Below, one piece after another: positions 29,630 to 40,408 of a stretch of 64,000 nt of DNA (positions within the stretch are counted from its first letter, which is position 1; each line of letters opens with the position of its first letter). The notes under the pieces are model-generated. The model was not told the origin of the DNA. It saw only the letters and a program-made list of their open reading frames with translations, and did no database searches. The stretch is from Kofleriaceae bacterium. GTDB lineage: Bacteria > Myxococcota_A > Polyangia > Haliangiales > Haliangiaceae. Location of the stretch: positions 160,001 through 224,000 of the forward strand of contig CBDCCZ010000001.1 of NCBI GenBank assembly GCA_965215005.1, given 5' to 3'. Both the position numbers and the translations under genes were made by a program.

Positions 29630-30225
29630 CAAAGAAGAAGCCGATGACCGCAGCGGAATTGATGGCGGAGCTGAACAATGACCTAGAATTCGTCGCGCAA
29701 CGGGAACAGGAAGAAGTAGAGCGACAGGCACGAGCCGCAGGGTGGACCCGTGCCGAGGCTCCATTAGTCGAGGAGCTCAGGGCTGAGGGGTTCAACGTAG
29801 ATTCGGCGTGGGATTTGGTAAACACCTCCGAGCCATATCCCAAGGCGTTGCCCATCTTGGCTGAGCATCTTCAGCGCCCATATCCGGCCCGTGTACGTGA
29901 AGGGATCGCGCGTGCCTTGGCCGTTCCGCCAGCGAAGTTTGCCTGGGATTTGCTCGTCCGCTTGTACCGTGGTGAGCGGGAGAAGGACGCCAAACATGGG
30001 CTCGCAGTCGCCATCAGTGTGGTCGCCGACGACGAAGTCATTGACGAGCTGGTCGATTTGGTCCGAGATCAGCGCCACGGTGAGAGCCGCGTCCTGCTAC
30101 TGAGCGCACTCGAACGCTCGTCGGATCCGCGAGCTCGCGCGACACTGGTGGATCTGGAGACCGATCCGGACCTGAAGAAAGAGATCCAGGTCATACTGCG
30201 CCGTCTGAAGCAACGGCGGCGCTAA
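29626..30225 (+). CDS. HEAT-repeat-like protein, probable immunity protein
   Basis: ATGA overlap with toxin stop; helical VREGIARALA-type repeats. Confidence 0.7.
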   Translation: MTKKKPMTAAELMAELNNDLEFVAQREQEEVERQARAAGWTRAEAPLVEELRAEGFNVDSAWDLVNTSEPYPKALPILAEHLQRPYPARVREGIARALAVPPAKFAWDLLVRLYRGEREKDAKHGLAVAISVVADDEVIDELVDLVRDQRHGESRVLLLSALERSSDPRARATLVDLETDPDLKKEIQVILRRLKQRRR

Positions 30226-30234
30226 ACCACCACG

Positions 30235-30269
30235 TTTGCGCCCGCGACGAAGGGGGGGGGGGGCGCAAA
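30235..30269 (+). terminator. Hairpin containing G12 run after immunity gene
   Basis: TTTGCGCCC / GGGCGCAAA arms; G x12 at 30252-30263. Confidence 0.4.
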
Positions 30270-30326
30270 AAGTCATCCAATTCCTCGGCGAGTCAACCCT
30301 CAAAATGTCACGGAGACATCTTCGAC

Positions 30327-30992
30327 ATGCAGATAGCTACTAGGACCGTATTTTTAAGTTTAGCTGTTTTAGCTCTTTTCGCAGGCGGCTGCCAGGATGA
30401 CACGGAAGCGAGGAGCGATCGTGGCTCCATGGACGCGGGTCTAGGACCTTCGGACATGGGTGCTGATGAGGTTGCCGGGGATCACCGAGCGCGCTGTGCT
30501 GAGTACTGCGTTGATCCGGATCCCGCGAACATCTCGTGTACAGCGCGAGACCTGGCAGGATGCGAAGGGCTCTGTGAAGAAGTGCTCGAGGGGTTCAGCG
30601 ATGAGTGCGGCGATTGCGTCGTTGACGGCATTCCAGGCTTGGTCGAGATGGTTGATTCGTGTTTCTGGGGCGATGACAGATACAGGTCGAGGCTGGATAG
30701 CTGTGCAACTAGCTGCTCTGGCAATCGGGGATCGGTATCTCCGGTCGAACTGCTCTCGGCGTGCGAAGCATTTTGTGTGGTCTCACTGAATGGTGGCGTG
30801 CAGACGTGCGTGTCGGAGGTGACTGCGTCGTGCCAAGCTCGATGCCGCGATCGGCTCGTAGACCTTCCGCGAAGCTGTGCTGGCTGCATCTTGGGTAGGA
30901 GCGCGCGGCCACGGACCACGCCGCTCTCCTCGATGCCGTGTGTTCCAGAGTATTGGGAGTCGGTCGACTCATGCTCCGACTACTGTGAATAG
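30327..30992 (+). CDS. Cysteine-rich lipoprotein
   Basis: Lipobox-like LFAGGC; two similar CxxxC-rich halves (CAEYC / CEAFC). Confidence 0.75.
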   Translation: MQIATRTVFLSLAVLALFAGGCQDDTEARSDRGSMDAGLGPSDMGADEVAGDHRARCAEYCVDPDPANISCTARDLAGCEGLCEEVLEGFSDECGDCVVDGIPGLVEMVDSCFWGDDRYRSRLDSCATSCSGNRGSVSPVELLSACEAFCVVSLNGGVQTCVSEVTASCQARCRDRLVDLPRSCAGCILGRSARPRTTPLSSMPCVPEYWESVDSCSDYCE

Positions 30993-31122
30993 ATTGACTG
31001 AGCAGAAGTAAGAGATTGCGGAGTCACCGCGGCGCGCGTAGACGGGCTGCTGGCGGACGTTTTGAAGCTGCCCCGATTTGGTGGACACCCGGAGAGGGAC
31101 TACGGTCCCGGGAAGTTCACCG

Positions 31123-31404
31123 ATGACAAACCGAAGAAAATACCCGGAAGAGTTCAAGAAGGACGCGGTGCGTCTGATGCTGGCGCGAGGCACGCGCACC
31201 ATCGCGGAGGTCGCGGCCGAACTCAAATTGAGCCAGAGCATGCTGCACCGTTGGCATCAGCGCTACGGCGCGGAGGTCACGGGCGGAGCGTCGCAGTCTC
31301 AGGAAAAGCGCGAGGACGTGGAGCAGATGCGCCGTCAGCTGCGTGAGCTGCAGCAGGAGAACGCGCTGTTAAAAAAAGCGGCGGCCCTTTCGCGAAAGAA
31401 GTGA
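31123..31404 (+). CDS. IS3 transposase OrfA
   Basis: RRKYPEEFKKDAV HTH, LRELQQENALLKKA; A7G slippery site 31371-31378. Confidence 0.9.
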   Translation: MTNRRKYPEEFKKDAVRLMLARGTRTIAEVAAELKLSQSMLHRWHQRYGAEVTGGASQSQEKREDVEQMRRQLRELQQENALLKKAAALSRKK

Positions 31405-31411
31405 AGTAGCC

Positions 31412-32266
31412 GTGTTTCCGCTGATTCACGCGGAGAGGGCCACGTTTCCCGTCGCATTTTCGTGTCGAGTCCTGGACGTGTCGCGGAGCGGATATTACCG
31501 CTGGGCCAAGGGCGAATCATCGGCGCGCGAGCGTCAGGACGGCGAGCTTGCCGCACACATCCGAGAAATCCATCGTGAGCACAAGGGACGCTACGGCAGC
31601 CCGCGGATCCATCGCGAGCTGAGTGCTCTAGGTCGACGCGTGGGACGTAAACGAGTCGCACGCCTGATGCGTCAGGAGGGGCTTCGTGGCCGCACTACGC
31701 GCCGATTCCGGCGAACGACCGATTCGCGCCACCGTCATCGAATCGCGCCGAATCTGGTGGCGCGAGACTTCTGTGCAACGCGCATGAACGAGGTCTGGGT
31801 CGGCGATATCACGTACGTGCCGACCAGCGACGGTTGGCTGTACCTAGCCATCCTGCTGGACCTGTTTTCGCGTCGGGTGCTGGGATGGGCGATGTCGGAC
31901 CAGATCGATACCGAGCTTGCGCTCGAGGCGCTTCAGATGGCCCTGGAGCGGCGCAAGCCGGCGACAGGCCTCATCCACCACACAGACCGCGACTGTCGGT
32001 ACGCCAGCGACGACTATCAGGCCACGCTGCGCGCACACGGTATTGTGTCGAGCATGAGTCGCAAGGCTGATTGCTGGGACAACGCGGTCGCCGAGAGCTA
32101 CTTCGCGACGCTCGAGAAAGAACTGCTGGCGATAGGCTCGCTTCAGAGCCGCACAACAATGCGCATCGAGATTGCCGACTACATCGAGACCTACTACAAC
32201 ACCAGGCGTCGGCATTCGTACCTCGACTACGTCAGCCCGATCGAGTTCGAGCTGAGAGCAAGTTAA
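31412..32266 (+). CDS. IS3 transposase OrfB (DDE)
   Basis: YGSPRI, WVGDITY, HHTDR, CWDNAVAESYF, YYNTRRRHS. Confidence 0.92.
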   Translation: MFPLIHAERATFPVAFSCRVLDVSRSGYYRWAKGESSARERQDGELAAHIREIHREHKGRYGSPRIHRELSALGRRVGRKRVARLMRQEGLRGRTTRRFRRTTDSRHRHRIAPNLVARDFCATRMNEVWVGDITYVPTSDGWLYLAILLDLFSRRVLGWAMSDQIDTELALEALQMALERRKPATGLIHHTDRDCRYASDDYQATLRAHGIVSSMSRKADCWDNAVAESYFATLEKELLAIGSLQSRTTMRIEIADYIETYYNTRRRHSYLDYVSPIEFELRAS

Positions 32267-32583
32267 GCACCCAAACCTGTCCACCGAACCGGGTCAACTC
32301 CATTTGGCTCCTACCGTTTGCACCCCGCACGTAAACAATCTCCACGTCTCGGCTTCCACTTCGCGCCGCCGATTCGTGCACTTCCTAAACTTCCGATCCC
32401 GAATGAGCGACACCACTGACTAGGGGTATCGCCATTCTCGGCAACGGCCGCCCGCAAGGTCCGAGTGGTTGAGACTCGGGCCTTGCACGTTTTCGGCGCC
32501 GGTGAACTACGCTATCTAGCGGACCGCATGCAACTTTTCAGCTCGCCAAGCCGGTGAAGCAATCTGAGCTCGAGCCGCGTTCT

Positions 32584-32730
32584 TCACCGACGGCGCCCGC
32601 TTCTTGACGCCCGTTGACAGAGGTCCGCTGCCAAGTCCGGGATGGCTGCAACGATGGCCACTCCCTGAGAGTAGAGTGCTTCGGCGCGGCAGATATCCTC
32701 GTTGAAGTGCTGCCTTGCGGTGATGGGCAT
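32584..32730 (-). pseudogene. Possible truncated gene start (48 aa)
   Basis: MPITARQHFNEDICRAEAL...DL reads like a protein N-terminus, then breaks at TGTCAACG. Confidence 0.3.
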
Positions 32731-32955
32731 ATGCCGTCCCCTTATTCAGCATCGTACTCGAAGGGTCGGCCTGTCCCCACCCCACAATTTGAACCGACTC
32801 TGGGCGACTTTACTAGGGAGTTGGCTGTCGTCGTTGGTTGTGTCGCGGACGGAGCCGCAGTGATAATGGTGCCCTGCTTGTAGTAGGCTGCGGGTTCGCC
32901 GGGGTGGGGGAGCGGCCCTCTCGGCGTCCGCGGCATGCGCTGAGAGGAATGGTTG

Positions 32956-33159
32956 ATGTCCACCGAATCTTGGGTCTCCGTGGAGGACGTCGCGAGGCAT
33001 CTAAGCGTCGCGATGGACACGGTCTACCGTTGGATCGAGCACCGGCGGCTGCCGGCGCACAAGGTTGGCCGCCTCTGGAAATTCAAGCTCTCTGAGGTCG
33101 ACGAGTGGGTGCGAACTGGTTGCGCTGCTGAGGACGACGAGATGGAGTCCGTGCGATGA
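32956..33159 (+). CDS. Excisionase-family HTH DNA-binding protein
   Basis: [44 protein letters not shown]. Confidence 0.9.
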   Translation: MSTESWVSVEDVARHLSVAMDTVYRWIEHRRLPAHKVGRLWKFKLSEVDEWVRTGCAAEDDEMESVR

Positions 33160-35852
33160 GCAAGCTCACTCTAAGCCAGCTGGCTAGTCTGCTGTTGCGC
33201 GCGTGCGACGATCTGCGCGGCAACATGGATGCCTCGGAGTACAAGGAATACATCTTCGGCATGCTCTTTCTGAAGAGGCTCTCCGACCTCTTCGATCAGG
33301 AGCGCGAGCAGCTGGCCAAGGACCTCAAGGCCAAGGGCATGGCGGACAAGGTCATCGCCGCCCAGCTCGACAACCCGGACAAGTACACCTTCTTCGTTCC
33401 CGAAGAGGCGCGCTGGTCGAAGATCCGCCACCTCAAGACCAACGTCGGTACCGCGCTGAACAAGGCGCTCGAGGCCCTCGAAGATGCAAACGTCGATGCG
33501 CTGCAGGACGTGCTCAAGGGCATCAACTTCAACCGCAAGATCGGCCAGCGCACCCTCGACGACGACACGCTGTCGAACTTCATCCAGAACTTCGAGAAGA
33601 TCCCGCTGCGCGACGAGAACTTCGAGTTCCCCGACCTGCTTGGCGCCGCCTACGAATACCTAATCAAGTACTTCGCCGACTCCGCGGGCAAGAAGGCCGG
33701 CGAGTTCTACACCCCCGCCGACGTCGTGCGGACCTTGGTCGAGGTCGTCGAGCCTCAACCAGGCATGAGCATCTACGACCCGACCTGCGGCTCGGGCGGC
33801 ATGCTCATCCAGACCCGCGACTACATTCGCGAGATCGGCGGTGACCCGCGGGACCTCTCCCTTTCCGGCCAGGAGAGCATCGGCACCACCTGGTCGATCT
33901 GCAAGATGAACATGCTCTTGCACAACATTGCGCACGCCGACATCCGGCAGGAAGACACGCTTCGCCGGCCGCAGCACAAGGACGACAGCGGCGAACTCAA
34001 GCGCTACGACCGGGTCCTCGCCAATCCTCCGTTCAGCCAGAACTACATCAAGAAGGACATCGAGTACCCCGGCCGCTTTGCCGTCTGGCTGCCCGAGAAG
34101 GGCAAGAAGGCCGACCTGATGTTCGTACAGCACATGCTCGCCGTGCTCAAGGGCAACGGCAAGATGGCCACGGTCATGCCCCACGGCGTCCTGTTCCGCG
34201 GTGGCGAGGAGCGTGAGACCCGGCGCCACTTCATCGAGCGCGGTTGGCTCGAAGCGATCATCGGATTGCCGGCGGGCCTGTTCTACGGCACCGGCATCCC
34301 GGCGTGCGTCCTGGTGCTGAACAAGAAGGACGCCCCGAAGCGCAAGCACGTCGTCTTCATCAACGCCGACCGCGACTACCGCGAAGGCAAGGCACAAAAC
34401 TTCCTGCGCGCCGAGGACATCTCTCGCATCGTCCACGCCTATCGGACGCTCACCAGCGGCGAGCACGGCGAGCTCCCTGGCTACGCTCGACGCGTCCCGA
34501 TGGAGGAGATCGACGGTGAGGACTTCAACTGCAATATCCGCCGCTACGTGGACAACGCCCCACCGCCGGAGCCCCACGATGTGCGCGCCCATCTTCACGG
34601 TGGCGTACCCAAGAGCGAGATCGACGCCCTCGAGCACTTCTGGTCGAACTATCCCGATCTCCGCACGCGCTGCTTCAAAGCTCGCCAAGGTCCGAGCAAC
34701 CAGTGCAACAGCGCCTACCTGGACTTCACGCCCGAGGTCACCGATCGCCGCGCGCTGGCCGACCTCGTGAATGGCGATAAGAGCGTTGCGGCTGCCCACG
34801 GGGTCTTCCTCAAGACCCTCGAAGGGTGGTGGAACAAGCACCTCCCGCCCATCGAGGCGCTCGCACCCAGCAATGGCCCAAAAGGAAAAAAGGCGGGCAA
34901 CGTCTACGCGCTGCGCCGAAGCTTGCTCGTTTCCATCGAGCAGACCTTCGCCGGCACCAAGCTCCTCACCGGTCATCAGATCCGCGGCGCCTTTGCCCGC
35001 TATGTCGACGAGCTCAAAGCAGATCTGAAGTCCATCGCGGCTAGCGGCTGGGGCCCCGAGCTCATTCCCGACGCTGACATCCTGGAAAGCCAGTTCCCCG
35101 AGGTGCTGGCCGAGATGGAGCAGAAGCGCACCCGCCTCGCCGAACTCACCGCAATCTTCGCAGCCGGCGACGAGGAGGACTACGAGGACGAAGACGACGT
35201 CGGGGTGCTGCCGGGCGATCAAGTCAAAGCGCTCAAGGGCGAACTGAAGGAGCTGAACGCTGCTTGGAAGACGGCGCTCAAGGAGCTGAAGACCCTCGCC
35301 ACCGACCTCTTCACCGAGATGAAGGTCGCCGGGGGTCTACCGAACGGCGTGAAGAAGAGCGACGTCACCCGCGGCATGTCGGCCAAGGATGCAGACTTCA
35401 GCGCCGGACAGGTCATTCTCGACTTGGCTGCGAAAGCCAACTGCAGCTCGGAGCTCGTCGATTCCGTTCGCGAGCGAATGCAGGATGGTCGCGAAGCGCT
35501 GGAGCGTGCCCAGGCTCGCGAGGCCCGGTTGGAACGCCACAAGGGCCTCGAAGACGAGGCCAAGCAGCTCAAGGCCGACCTCCGCGCCACCGAGAAGAAG
35601 CAGGACGAGCTGGTCGAGGCTGCCCGCGAGAAGATCGACCGAGACGAAGCGCGCAAGGTCATCATCGACCGGTTGCATCGTCTGCTCGTGCAGACCTACG
35701 AGTCGTACCTCCGTGCGGACCAGCGAGCCTGTCTTGCTGCGCTGGAGAACTTGCACGCCAAGTACGCCACGACCGCGACCGACATCGAGCAGCGTCGCAG
35801 TACGGCAACGGCCAAGCTGAAGGGATTCCTCGGGGAGCTTGGCTATGCATGA
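33156..35852 (+). CDS. hsdM: Type I R-M methyltransferase subunit with long C-terminal extension
   Basis: [30 protein letters not shown]. Confidence 0.95.
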   Translation: MSKLTLSQLASLLLRACDDLRGNMDASEYKEYIFGMLFLKRLSDLFDQEREQLAKDLKAKGMADKVIAAQLDNPDKYTFFVPEEARWSKIRHLKTNVGTALNKALEALEDANVDALQDVLKGINFNRKIGQRTLDDDTLSNFIQNFEKIPLRDENFEFPDLLGAAYEYLIKYFADSAGKKAGEFYTPADVVRTLVEVVEPQPGMSIYDPTCGSGGMLIQTRDYIREIGGDPRDLSLSGQESIGTTWSICKMNMLLHNIAHADIRQEDTLRRPQHKDDSGELKRYDRVLANPPFSQNYIKKDIEYPGRFAVWLPEKGKKADLMFVQHMLAVLKGNGKMATVMPHGVLFRGGEERETRRHFIERGWLEAIIGLPAGLFYGTGIPACVLVLNKKDAPKRKHVVFINADRDYREGKAQNFLRAEDISRIVHAYRTLTSGEHGELPGYARRVPMEEIDGEDFNCNIRRYVDNAPPPEPHDVRAHLHGGVPKSEIDALEHFWSNYPDLRTRCFKARQGPSNQCNSAYLDFTPEVTDRRALADLVNGDKSVAAAHGVFLKTLEGWWNKHLPPIEALAPSNGPKGKKAGNVYALRRSLLVSIEQTFAGTKLLTGHQIRGAFARYVDELKADLKSIAASGWGPELIPDADILESQFPEVLAEMEQKRTRLAELTAIFAAGDEEDYEDEDDVGVLPGDQVKALKGELKELNAAWKTALKELKTLATDLFTEMKVAGGLPNGVKKSDVTRGMSAKDADFSAGQVILDLAAKANCSSELVDSVRERMQDGREALERAQAREARLERHKGLEDEAKQLKADLRATEKKQDELVEAAREKIDRDEARKVIIDRLHRLLVQTYESYLRADQRACLAALENLHAKYATTATDIEQRRSTATAKLKGFLGELGYA

Positions 35853-37101
35853 AATAGTCGTGCAGCCCCTTCGAGAGTCGACTTCCCTCCGTATGGGGGA
35901 GACGATCATCGCGGCGCAATGTTCCGGAGAGGGCCTTCCAATCTATTCAGCCGACACCGGAACAGCGCCATGGAACTATTCGCAACATTGCCGCGTTACG
36001 CACCTCCGCGGTACGATTGTCATCGGTGCTCGCGGGAGCATTGGCAATCCGCGCCTTCCGTCATTCGAGAGCTTCGCGTGCACGCAGACAACGATTGCGC
36101 TTAAGCCCGACGGAAACAAATGGGACCCGAGGTTCTTGTTCTACGTTCTGAGTGCGCTGAGATTCGACGAGTTGACCGCACAGCAGGCAGTTCCGATGCT
36201 TACTGTGAACGACCTGGGGCGGATCGAGGTGCCGCGTCCGCCAAAACATGTGCAAACCAGGATTGCCGAGATCCTCTCGACGGTCGACGAGGCCATTGAG
36301 CAGACCGAAGCGCTCATCGCCAAGACGCAGCAGATCAAGGCCGGCCTGATGCACGACCTCTTCACCCGAGGCGTGACCGCGGACGGCCAGCTCCGACCAC
36401 CACGCGAGGAAGCCCCGCAGCTCTACAAGGAGTCGCCGCTGGGCTGGATCCCGAAGGAGTGGGATGTTCGGCCCCTTCGTCAGTGCCTGCTCGATAATCC
36501 GACGAACGGCATCTACAAGCCTGCAGATCAAATAGGGCGCGGCACTTTGCTGGTGGGTCAAACCTCATTCACGGAAGAGCGGTCCGTCGACTTCTCCCTC
36601 GCACGCCGCGCAGTGGTCTCGACCGATGAGGTGCGCCGCTATTCTCTGGCCGAGGCCAACATTCTTCTGTCCCGTGTCTTCGCCACCCTCGATGGAGTCG
36701 GACAGCCGACACTCGTCCCAGCGTTGCTGGAGCCGGCAGTGTACGAGTCCAACATGATGCGCCTGCGCATCGACCAAGCGAGCATCTTGCCCCGGCTGTT
36801 GTTCGAGTGGCTTCGGGGACACCGAGCTCGCCGATTGATCGTTGCAGGCGCCAATGCATCGAACCAGTCCAGCATCAACCAGCAGGTGCTGAATCCGCTC
36901 CCGATCCTAGCGCCCCCACAGGACGAGCAGGCGCTGATGCTCGAAGTCATAGAGGCAGATGACGGCCGGGCTTCTGTTGAGCGCGAAGGCCTCATCAAGC
37001 TGCGCGGCGTGAAAGCAGCCCTGATGGAGGACCTTCTCTCGGGGCGTGTGCCAGTCGCCGTTCCTGATATCACCGAGGTCAGGAGTGCGGCGAATGTCTG
37101 A
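35845..37101 (+). CDS. hsdS: Type I R-M specificity subunit
   Basis: Two TRDs with conserved helices QTRIAEIL...[10 protein letters not shown] and [13 protein letters not shown]. Confidence 0.9.
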   Translation: MHEIVVQPLRESTSLRMGETIIAAQCSGEGLPIYSADTGTAPWNYSQHCRVTHLRGTIVIGARGSIGNPRLPSFESFACTQTTIALKPDGNKWDPRFLFYVLSALRFDELTAQQAVPMLTVNDLGRIEVPRPPKHVQTRIAEILSTVDEAIEQTEALIAKTQQIKAGLMHDLFTRGVTADGQLRPPREEAPQLYKESPLGWIPKEWDVRPLRQCLLDNPTNGIYKPADQIGRGTLLVGQTSFTEERSVDFSLARRAVVSTDEVRRYSLAEANILLSRVFATLDGVGQPTLVPALLEPAVYESNMMRLRIDQASILPRLLFEWLRGHRARRLIVAGANASNQSSINQQVLNPLPILAPPQDEQALMLEVIEADDGRASVEREGLIKLRGVKAALMEDLLSGRVPVAVPDITEVRSAANV

Positions 37102-40100
37102 GTATCTCCACGTCGAGAAGCCGTTCCTCCAGCAGCTCGCTGCGCTCGGTTGGAAGGTCATCGACCAGGGCCAGGGGTTTATCCCCTCGGACCCATCGAA
37201 GAGCCTGCGCACGAGCTTCCGTGAGTGGTTTCTCCCGGCGGTATTCCGCGACGCCGTTCGCGTCATCAACACGACGCCTGACGGAAAGCCCTGGCTTACC
37301 GACCGCCAGCTCGACGACCTGCGCGACCAGATCCTCCGTCAGCCCAACCGCACGCTGCTCGAGGCCAACGAGACGACCCAGGGGCTGTTTTTCAAGGCAC
37401 AGGTTGACCGCAACCAAGTCACCGGCGAGACCGACCCGGTCGTCAAACTCATCGACTTCGCGCACCCCGAGCGCAATCAGTTCCACGCCATCAACCAGTT
37501 CCGCATCGACACGCCGGGCTGCGTGAAGAGCTGCATCATTCCGGACATCGTTCTCTTCGTGAACGGGATCCCGCTGGTGGTGGTCGAAGCGAAGATCGGC
37601 GACCCCAACACGGCCAACCCGCTACACGCCGCCTTCGAGCAGCTCCTGCGCTACCGTAACGGTCGACAGGAGACCATCAAGGCGGGCCTGCGCGAGGGCG
37701 AACCGAGGCTCTTGTACACGAACCTGCTGCTGGTACGAACCTGCGGCGAGAAGGCCGAGTTCGGCTCGATCACCTCCGGCCACGAGCACTTCTACGCGTG
37801 GAAGGACATCTGGCCCGAGAGCAACCAGTCCTATACGCCGCCGCTGGGCGTCGAGCGGGAACAGGAGAAGCTCATCCAGGGGCTGCTCGCGCCCGCTACG
37901 CTGCTCGACGTACTACGCACCTGCACGGTGTTCATGGACACCGACTCGGGCAGGCGGATCAAGGTCGTCTGCCGCTACCAACAGTACCGCGCGGCCCGGA
38001 AAATCGTCGACCGCCTACGCGCAGGCAAGACACCGGAGTCGCGGTCGGGCGTCGTCTGGCACACCCAGGGATCCGGCAAGTCGCTGACCATGGTCTTCGT
38101 GGCCAGGATGCTGCGCGCCGCGTCCGACCTGGAAGACTTCAAGATCCTGCTCGTCAACGATCGCGTCGACCTCGAAGAACAGCTCTCGGGCACCGCAAAA
38201 CTCATCGGCGGCAAGGTCAACGTCATCGAGAGCACGGCCCAGCTTCGCGAGCACCTCAGCACCGCCGCCTCCGACATCAACATGGTGATGGTGCACAAGT
38301 TCACCGAGCGCACCGAGGCTCTCCCGGCCGCCGTCGCCCAGGCGCTCACCGACGTTGGCAAGCCGGTGCCGGATCCCAAGGTCCTCGAGGCGGCTGATTC
38401 GGGTGGCGTTCCCTACAGAGCCATTCCGTCGAGCAAGACCTTCGGCGTGGTGAACGCGTCCGACCGCATCATTCTGATGATCGATGAGGCCCACCGGACT
38501 CAGGGCTCCGACCTCGGCGACAACGTCTTCGAGGCGTTCCCCAACGCCACCCGCATCGCCTTCACCGGAACGCCGCTCATTACCGAGCAGCACGGAACGA
38601 AGCGCACGGTGAAGCGCTTTGGCGAGTACATCGACACCTACAAGCTGATGGACGCCGTCCACGATGGCGCCACCCTGCAGATCCTTTACGAGGGCCGCAC
38701 CGCCGACACGGCCATCAAGGACAAGCACGGTTTCGACACCAAGTTCGAGGATCTCTTCAAGGAGCGCACCGAGGAAGAGATCCTCGCCATCAAGAAGAAG
38801 TACGGCGCCACCGGCGACCTTCTCGAAGCCGAGAAGCGCATCGAGGCCATCGCCAAGGACCTGGTCGATCACTACATCGACAACATCCTGCCCGACGGCT
38901 TCAAGGCCCAGGTGGTGTGCCACTCCAAGCTGGCCGCCGTCCGCTACCAGAAGGCGATCCGGCAGGCGCTCGCGGAGCGCGTGGAGCGAGAGAAGCTGAA
39001 GCCCGAGCCTGATGCCGAGCTCATCGGGCGCATGGAGTTCTTGAAGGTCGGAGTCGTCGTGTCGTCGGACCCGACGAACGAGCCGGCCGCCATCACCGAG
39101 GCCCGCAAGGAAGCCAAGCGCTGGAATGTGGTCGAGAACTTCTGTCGCCCCTTCGACTTCGATGACCACGACAAGGATCTCACCGGCATCGCCTTCCTCG
39201 TCGTGTGCGACATGCTCCTCACCGGCTTCGATGCCCCCATCGAGCAGGTGATGTACATCGACAAGAAGCTGCGCGAGCACAACCTGCTGCAGGCCATCGC
39301 GCGCGTGAACCGGGTGGCGACCAACAAGCACCGCGGCTTCATCGTCGACTACATCGGACTCGCCAATCACCTGACGAGCGCGCTCTCCATCTACTCCGAG
39401 GAGGACGCCCAGGACATCCACGATGGGCTGAAGAGCGCGCTCAGCGAGATGCCCATCCTCGAAGAGCGCTACCAGCGACTCCTGCAGCACTTCATTGCCG
39501 CCGGCGTCACCAAGATCGAGGCCTTCATCAAGGGCCAGCTTGGCTCGCCCGAAGCCGACGTCGCCGTGATCCACGCGGCTGTGGGCGCGATGAAGGACAT
39601 CAAGCGCCGGGCGGACTTCGAGGTCTACCTGAAGAAGTTCCTGCAGAGCCTCAACCTGATCCTGCCGAACCCTGCCGGTCACCCGTACCGCGGGGCCGCG
39701 CGCCGCTTCGGCTACCTGCTGCGCATGGTGAAGGAGCGCTACAAGGACGACTCCCTCGACATCGCGGACGCTGGCGAGAAGGTGAAGGCGCTCATCAACG
39801 AGCACCTCATCGACCTCGGCATCAACCCGAAAATCCCACCCGTCGAGCTCCTGTCCGACGAGTTCATCTCGCACGTGCACAAGCACTCCCAGGGCAACGA
39901 CGAGGCCAAGGCGAGCGAGATGGAGCACGCCATCCGCAAGCACTGCACGGTCCACTTCGACGAAGACCCCGCCTTCTACACGAAGCTCAGCGAGAAGCTG
40001 GAGAAGCTCATCGAGCAGCACCGCGACAACTGGAAGTCGTTGTCCGACGACCTCGAACAGCTCCGCAAGGATGCCATCGAGGGGCGCACCGACGCCGTCG

Positions 40101-40408
40101 AGGGCCTCACCAAGGAGGCGACCACCTTCTACGACTACGTGCTGCAGCTCGCCTACGACGGCGCCAAGGTGCCGGCCGACGACCGGGAGCCGCTGAAGAA
40201 GCTGATGCTGCGCATCGTGGACATGCTGCAGGACACCATCGACGTGCTCGACTTCTGGAAGAAGCCCATCGAGGTGAAGAAGCTACGCGGCAACATCGAC
40301 ACCGAGATTCTCCTTGCGAACATCCCGGCGCTCAACGCTAAGCATGAGCGGCTAGCGGTCGAGCTCGTGAAACTCGCCGAGAAGCGCCACGAGGAGTTGA
40401 TCAAGTGA
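37094..40408 (+). CDS. hsdR: Type I R-M restriction subunit
   Basis: PDIVLFVNGIPLVVVEAK, WHTQGSGKS, DEAHR, FTGTP, MLLTGFDAP, QAIARVNR. Confidence 0.95.
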   Translation: MSEYLHVEKPFLQQLAALGWKVIDQGQGFIPSDPSKSLRTSFREWFLPAVFRDAVRVINTTPDGKPWLTDRQLDDLRDQILRQPNRTLLEANETTQGLFFKAQVDRNQVTGETDPVVKLIDFAHPERNQFHAINQFRIDTPGCVKSCIIPDIVLFVNGIPLVVVEAKIGDPNTANPLHAAFEQLLRYRNGRQETIKAGLREGEPRLLYTNLLLVRTCGEKAEFGSITSGHEHFYAWKDIWPESNQSYTPPLGVEREQEKLIQGLLAPATLLDVLRTCTVFMDTDSGRRIKVVCRYQQYRAARKIVDRLRAGKTPESRSGVVWHTQGSGKSLTMVFVARMLRAASDLEDFKILLVNDRVDLEEQLSGTAKLIGGKVNVIESTAQLREHLSTAASDINMVMVHKFTERTEALPAAVAQALTDVGKPVPDPKVLEAADSGGVPYRAIPSSKTFGVVNASDRIILMIDEAHRTQGSDLGDNVFEAFPNATRIAFTGTPLITEQHGTKRTVKRFGEYIDTYKLMDAVHDGATLQILYEGRTADTAIKDKHGFDTKFEDLFKERTEEEILAIKKKYGATGDLLEAEKRIEAIAKDLVDHYIDNILPDGFKAQVVCHSKLAAVRYQKAIRQALAERVEREKLKPEPDAELIGRMEFLKVGVVVSSDPTNEPAAITEARKEAKRWNVVENFCRPFDFDDHDKDLTGIAFLVVCDMLLTGFDAPIEQVMYIDKKLREHNLLQAIARVNRVATNKHRGFIVDYIGLANHLTSALSIYSEEDAQDIHDGLKSALSEMPILEERYQRLLQHFIAAGVTKIEAFIKGQLGSPEADVAVIHAAVGAMKDIKRRADFEVYLKKFLQSLNLILPNPAGHPYRGAARRFGYLLRMVKERYKDDSLDIADAGEKVKALINEHLIDLGINPKIPPVELLSDEFISHVHKHSQGNDEAKASEMEHAIRKHCTVHFDEDPAFYTKLSEKLEKLIEQHRDNWKSLSDDLEQLRKDAIEGRTDAVEGLTKEATTFYDYVLQLAYDGAKVPADDREPLKKLMLRIVDMLQDTIDVLDFWKKPIEVKKLRGNIDTEILLANIPALNAKHERLAVELVKLAEKRHEELIK

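Larger units (their letters stand above)
31063..32302 (+). mobile_element. IS3-family insertion sequence (1240 bp)
   Basis: IRs TGAAGCTGCCCCGATTTGGTGGACA / TGGAGTTGACCCGGTTCGGTGGACA (20/25); TTT target duplication. Confidence 0.92.

Noticed and set aside
38015..40021. 668-aa reverse ORF (also 33660-35222 and 8957-9994)
   Set aside because: Antisense shadows of well-supported genes, expected with high GC3.
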